In this document: positions 47,456 to 59,064 of the stretch, piece by piece | Numbering within the stretch: the first letter of the stretch is position 1 | Layout of the letters: every line of letters begins with the position of its first letter | Assembly (NCBI GenBank): GCA_013239625.1 | Contig: MU053559.1 | Location: 2,524,324-2,588,323 of the forward strand | DNA: 64,000 nt | DNA from: Lama guanicoe | Taxonomy: Eukaryota | Direction: 5' to 3' | Program-made: the position numbers and the translations under genes | Notes under the pieces: generated by a model | Told to the model about the DNA's origin: nothing | The model's database searches: none | Seen by the model: the letters and a program-made list of their open reading frames with translations, nothing else

Positions 47456-49403
47456 AGCATTAAAATAGCATTGGTAATAGTCTAAACAAAACTACCATCA
47501 TATCTTCAGTGCATTTGGTTATATATAATTCTTCCTCTGGATCTTGGGTTACAGTCTACCTTGACTAATTCAGCCCATTGGTATGGTCTCAAAGTTTTCT
47601 AAATGATGCCACAAGAAGCTTGTACCCATGAGTCTGTTCTTTGAAGTATCTGGTACAGTCTTTATTCACAGGACACTGAGATATTCCTTCTTTGTTGAAG
47701 ACAAGAACTTTGGCCTGTGCTGATTGCAGAGTCTTCAGAGAAGCCTTAGAATAAAACAAGAACAACCCCCCCCAAAAATGATCTGTAGATGCCAGAGACT
47801 CAAAATAGCTGCATTTAATTTACTACTGATAATTTTCAAAAGTGAAAGATCTGACAAGAGTTCATAACAAGAATAACTCAACTGACAAGAAAATGTGTTT
47901 ATCTCTGTGGCATGAAAAACAGAATAACAAAGCCAGCCCAACAAATTCTAGACAAAATGTCTATAAGCATTATGACCAAGACTACTTTCAAGGAAGACAA
48001 TGGATATTGCCTCTGGTTTATAAAAATGGATAAACATTTTTTACAGAGAAAAAATATTGAGGCATAATATATAATATAATACAATGTCAATACAGTGTAA
48101 TGTTAACATAGGATTGTATCATATCATATAATAATCCTAAAACATAATATATCGTGAATATACCAAGCATATACCAAGAATATACAAAGAATATCAAATA
48201 GAGATTCCGTGAGTCTGGAGTCGATCCTAGATATATGTATGTTTATTAAACTCCAAAGGTAAGTCTGATGGGCATCTTTAATTGAAAACCACTGGCCTAG
48301 ATTCACATGTAAAAAGGACTGTGGCCAAATAAGCATTTTAAATAACACCCAAAATTATGACTGATGACACGATACTGTTATTGACTAATGTCATCACGCA
48401 AAGCCACCTCAGGGCTCTAGTAAACAGAATCATATTCTAGAGAGCAAGGGCATTGACAAATCTCCGACAACTTCCCAATGTCCAAATTCTAAAATATTTT
48501 TATTAAAAAAATTTACCTATACAAATTTAACCTTGAGAAAGCTAAGCATCTCTTCTGATTTGACAACTCTTCTATGCAACTCATCAATAGTAACTTATCA
48601 ATTAAACCTAATTCTGTCTCACACGTCTCTTTTATAAGGTGAAAGAGCAAATCCTAAAAGTTTTCCAGGGCCCCTTGTGGAATTATGGAAGATTGTTTTA
48701 GGTGGAAAAAGGTCTCCTGAAGGTTTATTTTATTTTATTTTGGGGATTTGGTTTAGAGACGATAAAAATCAAAAAAAGTTATCCGAAGAAATTTGGACAC
48801 TGGATTAAGATGGGATCATGGGAAGCCAAGAAACCATGCTCAGTTACCTTATTTAACCAAAGTGACAAGAAAACATTCTTTCAATATGTAGATTTTAACA
48901 CGGCTGTAATGAATTCTAGCTCTTTAATAGGTGAGGCACTTTTGGTCATTATCTTAAATGACCAAAAGTATAATAAAGTCAACATACAGCATAGAAAATT
49001 GTCATCAAGGCAGAGTACAGAAAAAAAAAGTAATCATTCATATGATAGGTCAAGGCAAAAAATAAACCAAAAAAAAAAAACCCATCAAAACTGAGGACAC
49101 TTTGCTCAGATTGGAACAACATTTCATAGCTTTTCAGACTCACATATTATAAACCAAAGCAAATAAAATTCACTTTCCAAGTTTTGTCCTTTGTTAAATT
49201 TGTTTATATTCTAAAATAAACTGACACTTTAGGGCAGATCTCAGGGGGTCTATAGGCCAGAACTAACTTAGTAATAGTGTACTTTTAATTTTCAGTACAG
49301 GAAATATCATTAGTTATAACGCAGAAAAACAACAACAGCAAACAATTTCTTTGGGGTTCTCAAATTTAAAGAGCATACAAAGTTTTGGAGGATTCCCTCC
49401 CTA

Positions 49404-49440
49404 AAATAAAATAAAATAAAATAAAATAAAATAAAATAAA
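49404..49440. repeat. (TAAAA)n microsatellite
   Basis: aaaataaaataaaataaaataaaataaaataaaataaa. Confidence 0.9.
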
Positions 49441-49580
49441 CAAGAAAACAAAACTCTGAGAACAGCTGCTTTTAAGATATAACTACTATTTTTCTTGAAA
49501 TACAGAAGCATGTCCACACGCGTATTTCTCTGAAACTATTACTCCCAAATATAGTTCCAACCACCTATAATCATTATAAC

Positions 49581-50161
49581 TATAGGGGCCCACTCGGAAA
49601 CCCAGAGCTGGTATAAAGATTATTTTAAGCTGAAGACTTTTGAGATTCAACAGATGCAGAGGGGAAAAAAAAAAAAAAACTCTCTCTGAGCTTCCCTTAT
49701 TTGACTAAAAGCAGGAACTTCTATGAAATAAGGCTGCCATAAATTTCTCTTCAGGTTGGACGTACTCCCAGAAAGGAAAATGCTAATAAAACCTACCCCA
49801 AATTCTTTCTCCAGGAGAATTTTATAGCCCTGAAGACCACTCATACCTGTACAGACAAATATCATCACCAACTTTATCTCCTGTTTGTTCTCCTGAAAGT
49901 TCATTTATCTTCCTAAAAAGTCACTTGTTTTCCCATAAGTACCCTTCCTCACTCTCCCCATCACCTACTGAGTTGGCCTGTAGCCCCACATTCTAACCAC
50001 CCCTTTGAGTTACTCACCACTGAATTCTCCCGCATACATGTGTGTTGCACGCACAAATAAACTCTGTTTTTCCTTCTGTTAATCTGTCCTTTGTCAATTT
50101 AATTCGCCGTCTCCAGTCACAGAATATAAGAGAGCAGAGGAAAAGTTTTTCCTCCCTTAAG
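49581..50161 (+). mobile_element. ERV1 solo LTR (MER34-like)
   Basis: ggtataaagattattttaagctgaagacttttgagattcaacagatgcag...aataaactctgtttttccttctgttaatctgtc; 4-bp TSD taac (49577-49580, 50162-50165). Confidence 0.8.
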
Positions 50162-50368
50162 TAACTATTAACCAAAGTAATTTCTATTTCACAGAGAAAA
50201 CTGAGGGGAGGGTGGATAATTGAGAATTGTCTTATGCACAAGGATTTTAGTGGATTTGTAGAGCTCATGAATACACATTAACACAACTTTCTATAGCCAT
50301 ACACACCCTTTATACAAACTCTCAATGTGGCAAAAATGAACACATTCCTTAAATAAAAGACAATTATG

Positions 50369-50482
50369 CGGGAGGTGTAGCTCAGTGGTAGAGCGCATGC
50401 TTAGCATGCATGAGGTTCTGGGTTCATTCCCCAGCACCTCCATAAAAAAAATAAATAAATGGAAGTTTTAAAAAGATGAAAA
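50369..50482 (+). mobile_element. tRNA-Ala(AGC)-like SINE or tRNA retrocopy
   Basis: 72-nt cloverleaf at 50371-50442 followed by A-rich tail; 21-bp flanking repeat. Confidence 0.85.
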
Positions 50483-51740
50483 AAAAATGGACACATTCCT
50501 TAACAGACCCTAAGATATGGCCTCTCTATAGCATATAAAAATAAGAAACAAAAAAAAACAAACAAAAAAAAGAAACAAAAGCATATAAACTTAAAGTTAT
50601 GCTTAATGATCACTGTTTCAGTATTTTAAGTTATTTAGAAATGATCTAGGTATCCAATGAACATCCATTAATTATCAATTTAATATCAGTCAAATTCCTG
50701 AGTATCCTAGAAATCTTGGAAATTATCTTCAAGTGAACATATTACAAAACGTAATTTTTGTTGAAATAAAATTTGTCAGAATAGCAATTAAATTTGGTTA
50801 AACACAAATCTATATTTTTTGTAACCTTAAACAATAGGAGAAGAAATGCTAGCTTATTTGGTCAGTAAATCTTTGTAAGTTAAGAAGAACATATTTAAGT
50901 AGAATAAAGTGTGTGCTTATATTATATTTAACACTAATAGAGAAAATGCAGCTATTTTTATTAAACCAAAACCGGGAAATTAGTCTTATTTACCAAAGAT
51001 TTACCTTAATTAAGAAGTTGGATTCTTTGAATAATCAGTTTCTATAAGAATTTTTTAATTCTGGCCCCTTTAAAGTATTGGAAGTTCAATTTTCTGATTT
51101 TCTGATAATTTGGGGAATATTCAATTCATATGAGTGCTCATTTACCTTTGTAAGTCAATCAGAAAGGAGGTCCTTTAATTTAAGAGACTTCATAATCCAG
51201 TTTTTCTACACAGGGTTAGGGAAGTCAGTTGAACCTCTACCACATAGGGCAGAATTTGCATGTTTTTAGACAAGAATTACTTTGCACTGCTGAAGGTTAT
51301 CTATCATTTATGCCATAGAATCAGAGACTGGCAATTTAGAGCAGTGTCCCCTAGACAAGGCATAGTTTTCCACTGAAACACAGATTTCTTCCTACACTAC
51401 CCAGGTAATTCTGGTGTTGGGTAGTTCCAATCATGATACAATCTCAGTGCCTGAGCTTCCATATCACAATGCCAAGGGAATTGACACAGTGGATGACAAA
51501 AGTACTCTTTGGAGCTATTCCTACACCAGGGTTGCTAGGATGGCTAGCAATCACTTCACTGTACACAGAGGTGACTTTATATGACTCATCAATTTTTATC
51601 CCACGAAACCCAAAGTGAATGTAACCCCAACTCAACTTCCTCTTAATTGGATCCTCAGAATTCAGACACCACTCTAACACTGCCTAACACGAGGGGAAGC
51701 ATCACGGATTAAGAGTCAGGATGAAACAAGACAGAGGTTT

Positions 51741-52216
51741 TGTGATGGTTAATTTTATGTGTCAACTTGACTGAGCCACGGAGCGCCCAAACATTTGGTC
51801 AAATATAATTCTGAGTGTGACTGTGAGGGTGTCTCTGGTTGAGAGTAACATTTGATTTGGTAGGCTGAGGAAAGCTGATTGACCTCCCTAATGTCTATGG
51901 GCCTCTGTCCAATCAACTGAAGGCCTGTAGAACAAAAGGGCTGAGTAACAAGAAACTTTACCTACCTTATCCTTGAGCTGGGGCATTGGTCTTCTCCAAT
52001 CCTTGGAGTGAAACTTACACCATTGGCTCTCCTGATTCTCAAGCCTTTGGACTCCAATGGGAACCACTCATCAACCCTTCTGGGTCTCCAGCTGCCAAAT
52101 GCAGATCTTAGGGCTTCTCAATCATGTGAGCCAACTCCTTAGAACAAACTAAAATAAACTCATAAACAAACAAATAAATAAATGTTCTGTTCCTCTGAAG
52201 CACCTTAACTCATATA
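51741..52216 (+). mobile_element. ERVL LTR (MLT2B/C-like)
   Basis: tgtgatggttaattttatgtgtcaacttgactgagccac...ttacaccattggctctcctgattctcaagcctttggact...catgtgagccaa. Confidence 0.92.
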
Positions 52217-52419
52217 GTCTTCACCAACTGCAGTTTAAAATACCTTATTTTTTTAAATTTTGCCAAAAGATAGAACCATATGAGTATATTACTAGGGGTC
52301 ATCCTAGGGCCTTGGAAAGTGCCAATGCCTGTGGGCAGCCCTATAGCTTAAAATGTATTCACCTCACAGTCAATCTACTCTACCTCTATTCATTCCCAAA
52401 AACTCTGACTTTCAAAGAA

Positions 52420-52680
52420 GTTTCCTGACTCCCTGATAGCCCTATTCCTCTTCCAGATAAAAATGATGATTCACTTCCCATGTGACTTCTATAACATGTA
52501 CATCTTAGATTATGTGTTTATTTCCCGAATCTACTTTACTGGATTGTAAGTTTCTTAAGGGAAGACACTGAGTCTTGTTTCATTCTATATCCTCAGTGCC
52601 TGACAAAGTAGGGCCTCAATAAACCTGACTGAAAGAATGAATGAATGAATGGATGAACAAATGAACAAGTGAATAACAAA
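52420..52680 (+). mobile_element. L2 3' end
   Basis: tactggattgtaagtttcttaagggaaga...cagtgcctgacaaagtagggcctcaataaa...gaatgaatgaatgaatgg. Confidence 0.8.
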
Positions 52681-52828
52681 CATGGCTAATTTCACTGGCC
52701 AACTATAGCTCTCCACCTACAATGCCCTCAACCACTACATCCCATCATACCTCCACTACTCCTGCAGTCCATTCACTTTCCTTCCCCTTCCACTGCCCCA
52801 ACCCCCCAGTCACCACCCAAATACACTC

Positions 52829-53350
52829 GTCTTTTCCAGTTATCCACTGCTGCATAACAAACTATCCCAAACTTAGTGGCGCAAATCAGCAACAATCATT
52901 TGCTATTTTCTCTCCTGGTCTGGTGGTTGATGGAGTGTAATTGGCGGTTGCGTTGATTGGTGTAATTGGCGGTTTCTCACTCAGGGTTTCGCGTGTGGTT
53001 GCAGCCGGGTGGTGGCTGGCTGGAGATGAGAGCATCTCAAAGGCCTCTTCACTCACAGATCTGCATGAGCTACAAAGACTCCAATAGCTGGGGCCTGGAA
53101 TAGTGGGAGCTCCTCAAATATCGCTCTCTATCTCCACATGGTCTCTCCAGCATAGTGGCTTCAGGGTAACCCATCTTCTTACAGGATGGCTCAGACATCC
53201 GAAAGTGCATGCCTTGGGAGATAGAGACCCACACAGAAAGTGTATTGAATTTTATGACATAGACTGGAAAGCGACCCTGTATCTTGTTCCTTAGAAGAAA
53301 GTCACTAAAGCCAGCCAATACTCAAGGGGGAGGCAATTAGACTCCACCTC
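52829..53350 (-). mobile_element. MaLR LTR (MLT1F-like)
   Basis: ctgctgcataacaaactatcccaaacttagtggc...ctccacatggtctctccagcatagtggcttcagggta...aattagactccacctct. Confidence 0.85.
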
Positions 53351-53380
53351 TTTTTCTTCCATGTCTTTTTTAGAAAAAAA

Positions 53381-54271
53381 TTTTTATTGAAGTATAGTCA
53401 ACTACAGTGTGTCAATTTCTGGTGTACAGCATAATGTTTCAGTCATACATATACATACATATATTCATTTTCATATTCTTTTTCATTATAGGTTACTACA
53501 AGATATTGAATATAGTTCCCTGTGCTATACAGTAGGACCTTGTTGTTTATCTATTTTATATACAGTAGTTAATATTTGCAAACCTCAAACTCCCAGTTTA
53601 TCCCTTCCCAACCCCTTTGCCCCCAGTAACCATAAGTTTGCTTACTATGTCTGTGTGTTTGTTTCTGTTTTGTAGATAAGTTCATTAGTGTCTTCTTTTT
53701 TCTTTTATCTTTTATCTTTTTTCTTTTTTCTTTTTTTTTTGAGATTTCACATACAAGTGATATCATATGATGTTTTTCTTTTTCTTTCTCTTTCTGGCTT
53801 ACTTCACTTAGAATGACAATCTTCAGGTCCATCCATTTTGCTGCAAATGACATTATTTCATTCTTTTTATGGCTAAGTAGTATTCCACAACTTCTTTATC
53901 CAGTTATTTGTCAACAGACATTTAGGTTGTTTCTATGTCTTAGCTATTGTACATAGTGCTGCTATGAATATTGGGGTGCATGTATCTTTTCAAATTAGAG
54001 TTATCTCTGGATATATGCCCAAGAGTGGGATTGCTGGATCATGTGGTAAGTCTATTTTCAGTTTTTCTGAGGAATCTCTATACTGTTTTCCATAGTGGCC
54101 GCACGAAACTACATTCCCAGCAACAGTGTAGGAGGGCTCTCTTTTCTCCACACCCTCTTCAGCGTTTATTGTTTGTGGACTTTTAATGATGGCCATTCTG
54201 ACCAGTGTGAGGTGATACCTCATTATAGTTTTGATTTGCATTTCTCTGATAATTAGCAGTATTGAGCATTC
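53381..54271 (-). mobile_element. Camelid-type L1 3' portion
   Basis: ORFs 53990-54241 ([24 protein letters not shown]) and 53569-53853 are ORF2p C-terminus. Confidence 0.95.
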
Positions 54272-54289
54272 ATTCGATATTAATTCAGT

Positions 54290-54560
54290 TCAATTTTTGC
54301 TTCCTTTGTTTTAAGCCACCTGGTCCGTGGTCACCTGTTATGGCAGCCCTAGGGAATTACACACCTTAACCTCAGTCGTTACATTCCTTTACCTGCTTTA
54401 TCTTTCTTCATATCATTTAACATATTATGAACATGTTCATTCATTGCCTACCTATCTCCCCCTAGAGTGTATGCTCCAGGAGAGCAGGGACTTTGTTTTA
54501 TTTACTACTTGGGTTGTCAGTGTTTAGCACAGTGCCTGGGACATAGTAAATGCTCAAGAA
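54290..54560 (+). mobile_element. MLT1 3' fragment followed by L2 3' end
   Basis: tgttttaagccacc...tgttatggcagccctagggaattacaca; ctagagtgtatgctccaggagagcagggac...cacagtgcctgggacatagtaaatgctcaa. Confidence 0.75.
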
Positions 54561-54982
54561 AGAAGTGATGTAAACAGATTACTGAATAGCATCACTAGAG
54601 CACTAAACACATGCTTGGTACATGCTAAGCTGTCAGTAAATGATAATAATCTTAGCATTCTCACTAAATCCCTTTCCTCAGATACATGTTCCTCTTCACA
54701 TAGAACTCCCTAACCCACCAGTCATCAGTCCTCTGATTGTCTCCACTATCCCTTCTTCAAAATGGCCAGATTCACTCAGAGAATTATCAAGGAAGGATCA
54801 CGAGTCTTTGCTTTTTTATTTTATATCCTCCAGTTCCTCGTCCACAGAACCCTGAAATGCAAAAAAATACAAGTCTCCAAAGTTACCATAATTTTCTGTC
54901 ACTGTCCACCTTTTAAGCTCAACTTATTTTAAAAAAAAAAGTCTGTCTCTCTCTGCCCTTGGCTGCACATGGTGTAATTGGC

Positions 54983-55598
54983 TGTCTTAGATCAGTTTCT
55001 CCTAGAAGCAGACCCTGAGATGAGAATTTGTATGCAAATAACTCATGAAGGAAATACTCCCAGAAGAAACCAGTAAGGGAATTGAGGAAGCAGGATAAGC
55101 AGGGGAGAAAACCAGGCAAAGTAGCTCTGGAGTGTCAGTTACACCTCAGAGTGTATTCTGCCCGGAGAAAAGGCGGTTGGATTTTGTATTCCCGGACCGA
55201 TCTGTCATTGGCTACTACCCAGGCAGGAGTGGGACTGGAACCCCCAGGCCCTTCCAACTAGTGATGTGCTGGAGCCCGTTGGTACTGGCTCTCAAGAGGC
55301 AATTATTCCCCACTCCGAATTCAGTAACATCACATCGGGAGCTGGAGATCGGCCCTAGCGGGAATATTTACACCACGGAAAAATGGTAAATGCTACAAAT
55401 CTGACTTTGGTTTGGGGGTTGGTTGATTTCTTTACCAAGCTGGTTGCTAAACTAACTCTGCAGAGATGAGGTGACTCTTGTGCCCCGGGACAAGTCTCGG
55501 AAGGTCCCAGGTGCCAGTCACGTGCCAGGGGATGGGCACACAGCATTTGTCAAAGGAATGGAAGGGGTCTGGGTGGGACACCAGCAGTGTTTGCTACA
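54983..55598 (-). mobile_element. ERVL LTR16-family solo LTR
   Basis: tgtcttagatcagtttctcctagaagcagaccctgagatgagaatttg...ggggtctgggtgggacaccagcagtgtttgctaca. Confidence 0.75.
55258..55458 (+). mobile_element. MER63A-like hAT-Blackjack MITE nested in LTR16
   Basis: ctagtgatgtgctggagcccgttggtactggctc...gggaatatttacaccacggaaaaatggtaaatgctacaaatc. Confidence 0.8.
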
Positions 55599-55989
55599 CC
55601 AGCACTAAGCTGCTCAGCCTCGATGCGGGCTTGCCTTGAGTTATTTCTTCCCCGAGGGAACAACAGGCCATATAGCTAAAATTCTGGGTCAAACCAGGGA
55701 ACCCCTCCATCACTGAGTTTCCAGACTGAACATGGAGTTTAGTGGGACTAGATCAACTCTGCCCCCCACCCCCTCTCTCCCCCGGAAGCATTATTCCAGA
55801 GCTTGGTGGCAAAGAGGAAGAAGAGTGTCTTTCTTCTGAAAGCCTGTGCTTTCTCCTCTCCTTGGCCCCATTCATGACTCAGTGTCTGATCCAGGGCTTT
55901 ACAAGGACAGTCCCTTGCCACTGACGAAGATGACAAATGGAAGTCAAAGCGGTTTTCTTCCACGAAGAAGAGAACAAAGAACAATACAC

Positions 55990-56900
55990 AACCATTGCAA
56001 CCATTGACTTACTGGCTGATACTAGTTCCATTTCCATGGAAACACAGCAGAAAGGGAAAGAGAAAGGCTTTTTAGAATAATAGAGGGTTTTGTGTTGTGA
56101 GTTGTGTTTTATCTTCTCTCAGCCCTGACCCCTGCACTGCTCTCCCGAGAAGCCAGGAGACGGCAAGACAAGATGGCAAGAGGGCACCTGCCTGGCCGCC
56201 AAGCCGCCTCACCTGCCAAGGCAACCTGAGCTAGCAGGAGACCACGCGCAAGGTCAGCCCTGAAGAGAGCCGTTCAGGATAAAAAACAAAAACAGTTTAG
56301 CACCATGGAGAACAAAGCCTTATGCAAAGAGCTAGCTGCTTTTTATAGGTCCTTTTGACTTAAAAAAAATGATATATGTACCCACATCCCTCCCTGGAAC
56401 ATCATTTTGAAATAATGGTAAAGCTTGATGTATTAAGGGGCCACAATTGCACCTGCCCTCCACCACCCACTTTCCTGGGCACTTCTGGGGAGAGGCTGGC
56501 AGAGTAGACTGGCTATGGAGTGCTGAGTTCTGTTTCGCATCTTGACCTCACTCCATGGACCAACCACATCTGTGGGTGCCCTGCCCCTTAGCATCTAGCT
56601 GGGCACTGAGGGGAGCCCCCTCCTAAGCAACCCCAGGGGCAGTCAAGCAGCGGTCTCTCTGGTCACGTGCTGGATCCAGTTCAAGCAAGTTTTATTAAAA
56701 AGGAACCATTTTAAGAGAAGCAAAGGACCCTACAGCCCACACAAAACTACCACGGAGAGGAAAAAGTAGAATTGAGGGGGAAAAAAAAACAACACCAAGA
56801 TAAGCGATGAGTGCTGATCTCTCTTTTCAGAAAGTCAAGTTTCCCTTGGTAACCATGACTCGTAGTTGCTATAGTGATGAATCTGGTTGCTAAGGAAACC
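55990..56900. promoter_or_regulatory. Candidate RFX-driven cis-regulatory module (X-box cluster plus USF-type E-box)
   Basis: ATTTCCATGGAAAC 56030-56043, CCTGCCAAGGCAAC 56212-56225, GTTTCCCTTGGTAAC 56839-56853, GTTGCTATAGTGAT 56865-56878, GTTGCTAAGGAAAC 56886-56899; GGTCACGTG 56661-56669; no recognisable repeat. Confidence 0.5.
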
Positions 56901-56974
56901 TAATTTCATAAGCAGAACCTGGGGGGGATAAAAGAGTTCTGCAGGGCTCTTAAGTTCGGGCCCTTAAGTTTTAC

Positions 56975-57400
56975 TGAGTGGTGGGATTCTTCCAGAAGCA
57001 GCCTCTGGGATGGAGACTCAGGCAGAAGTGATTCAGGCAGAACGTGCTCCGAGAGAAACTGGAAAGGGAACAGGGGACAGTGCCAAGCCAGGCTGGGAGT
57101 TTAGATGATGCCCCAGGCTCAGCTGATACTGCAGGGAGTTCCAAGGTAAAAACTGCTCTTCAGGGTTTGGTAGGTCTGGAGGCAAGGGAGCCGGACTTTT
57201 GTACTTCTGCATCTGTCAGACATTGGCTAAGGGTCATCACCCCAAGGACAAGAAATCTCCAGGCACTTCTAGCCCCAGTAGCCCAAGGAGACACCTCTGC
57301 AGAAGGTCGAACGCGCTGGCCACTAGCAGCAAAACCCACAGAAGGTGGGAGAGAGATGCATTGCACCAGCAAAGGGGGTCTTAGACCTTCAAGAGGGCCC
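56975..57400 (-). mobile_element. Degenerate LTR16-like ERVL LTR
   Basis: gggattcttccagaagcagcctctgggatggagact...tctgtcagacattggctaagggtcatcacccc. Confidence 0.55.
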
Positions 57401-57454
57401 CAACAACTTCTGGCTCCTGGTAGAAAGTGGGGTTTTCTAAACAAGGTGGGAGAA

Positions 57455-58610
57455 CATGGGTGAGGGAAGTGAGGCACTCACCTTGGGCACAAAATTGAAG
57501 GCAGTGCTAAAATCTCAGAAATTAAGATAAATAAGAGTTTGATGCAATATTTTTACACCCCCAAACACTCCCAAAAGTCTATACTACCCCAAAAGTAACC
57601 ACTAGTCTGACTCTTATTTATTATTATAAATTATTCAATTAATTTAAACTAAAAAAACCCAAAAACCCTATTCACCCATTTTTCCCACCCACTACCCCTG
57701 CCTCTGGAAACCATCACCAATCCATTCTCTGTATCTGTGAGTTTGGTGGAGTTATTTTTTTTTATTCCACATATAAAAGAGATCATACATATCTGTCTTT
57801 CCCTGTCTGACTTATCTCACTTAGCATAATGCCCTCGTTGGGCTATCCAATTTGTTGAAAATGGCAAGATTTGATTCTTTTTCATGGTAGAATAATATTC
57901 CACTGTATAAATATACTACATATTCTTTATCCATTCATCCATCAATGGACACTTAGGTTGTCTCCATAGCTTGGCTATGGTAAATAAGGCTGCAGTGGAC
58001 ATGGGGGTGCATATGTCTTTCCAAGTTAGTGTTTTCATTTTCTTTTGATAAATGCCCAGAAGTGGGATTGCTGGATCATATAGTAGTTCTATTTTTAATT
58101 TTTTGAGGAACTTCCATACTGTTTTCCACAGTGGTTGCACCAATTTAACATTCCCACCAACAGTGCAGGAAGGTTCCCTTTTCTCCACATCCTTGTGGAC
58201 ACTTGTTATTTCTTGTCACCTTGGTGACAGCCGTTCTAACAAGTGTCAGGTGATATCTCATCATGGTTTAGATTGGCATTTTCCTGATGATTGATGCTGA
58301 GCAAATTTTCACATACCTATTGGCCATCTGTATGTCTTCTTTGGAAAAATGTCAAAAATCACAATTACTGCAAAAAAAAAACCCATGATGAAGAAAATAG
58401 CAACATTTTGCATGAAGACAGGATTCGATTCTGCCTCACTTATCTCACCCTCATCCTGGCCCTGGTTCTTTATTTATAATAACAGGCAGCTGCCCTGTGG
58501 GCTGTAGTTTGCCAATTTGACTTTTTAAAAAAAAATTGCATTCAAATACTATATATCTTAATTGCTGAGTGTTTTGGCAACTCCTTTAATTTTGCACCCA
58601 ACGTGAGCTC
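57455..58610. mobile_element. MER96B-like hAT element fragments (57455-57555, 58353-58465, 58525-58610) split by an L1
   Basis: gggtgagggaagtgaggcactcaccttgggcacaaaatt; ccatgatgaagaaaatagcaacatttt...gcctcacttatctcaccctcatcctggccctg. Confidence 0.7.
57610..58352 (-). mobile_element. Mid-age L1 3' portion
   Basis: ORF 57916-58188 ([33 protein letters not shown]). Confidence 0.93.
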
Positions 58611-58687
58611 CTTATTATTTAAAAAATATTTTCCAGGAAGCATATAAGGCTCCAAATGCTCTTTTTGTGCATTTTAAAGTCCTCCAG

Positions 58688-58991
58688 GGTTGGGAGAAAA
58701 TGAGGAGAAGTTGATCAGAAGGTACAAACTTTCAGTTATAAAAGAAATAAGTTCCAGAGAAGTAATGGACAGTGATTATACTGAACAATACTGTATCATA
58801 GACCTGAAAGTTTCTATGAAAGCAGATCTGAAATGTTCTTACCACAACAACGACAACAAAGTGGCAATTGTGTGAAGTGAAACAGATGTTAACAAACCTT
58901 ATTGTGGTAAACATTTCGCAATATATATGTGTATCAGATCATCGCCTTGTACACTTTAACCTTACACAAATATCTCAGTAAATGTGGGGAA
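58688..58991 (+). mobile_element. Older L1 (L1MA9-like) 3'UTR
   Basis: Colinear with 1055-1391; TSD aaagtcctccag (58676-58687) / aaaatcctccag (58992-59003). Confidence 0.88.
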
Positions 58992-59064
58992 AAAATCCTC
59001 CAGCCCCTGGGAAGACCCAGCTCCTCCACTGGCCATTCCTTCCTGGAAGGGTTTATCCCTCAGT

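Larger units (their letters stand above)
45674..51396 (-). mobile_element. ERV1-type (MER4/MER34 group) LTR-element remnant with non-coding internal sequence
   Basis: Bounded by 5-bp repeat ctacc (45669-45673, 51397-51401); AT-rich internal blocks (ggtttggtctgatgactta, aaatatgacatttcaaagaaggccttgg, aagaactttggcctgtgctgattgc) resemble MER4-group internals; no gag/pol/env ORF seen. Confidence 0.6.
45245..52388 (+). mobile_element. MER115/Zaphod-like element, copy 2 (fragments ~45245-45673, 51397-51740, 52217-52388)
   Basis: ggatccaagtgttgtaaagcctaaagctcatacac...ggccctctttaaaaaa; aattttacacatctga; attcctacaccaggg; ccccaactcaacttcc; cctagggccttggaaag...gccctatagcttaa. Confidence 0.7.

Noticed and set aside
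45674..51396. Coding-competent provirus or captured env gene
   Set aside because: No gag, pol or env motifs in any listed frame; heavily interrupted and AT-rich.
55441..55452. GTTGCTAAAC as another X-box
   Set aside because: Falls in the subterminal sequence of the MER63A-like MITE, so it is not counted in the RFX cluster.
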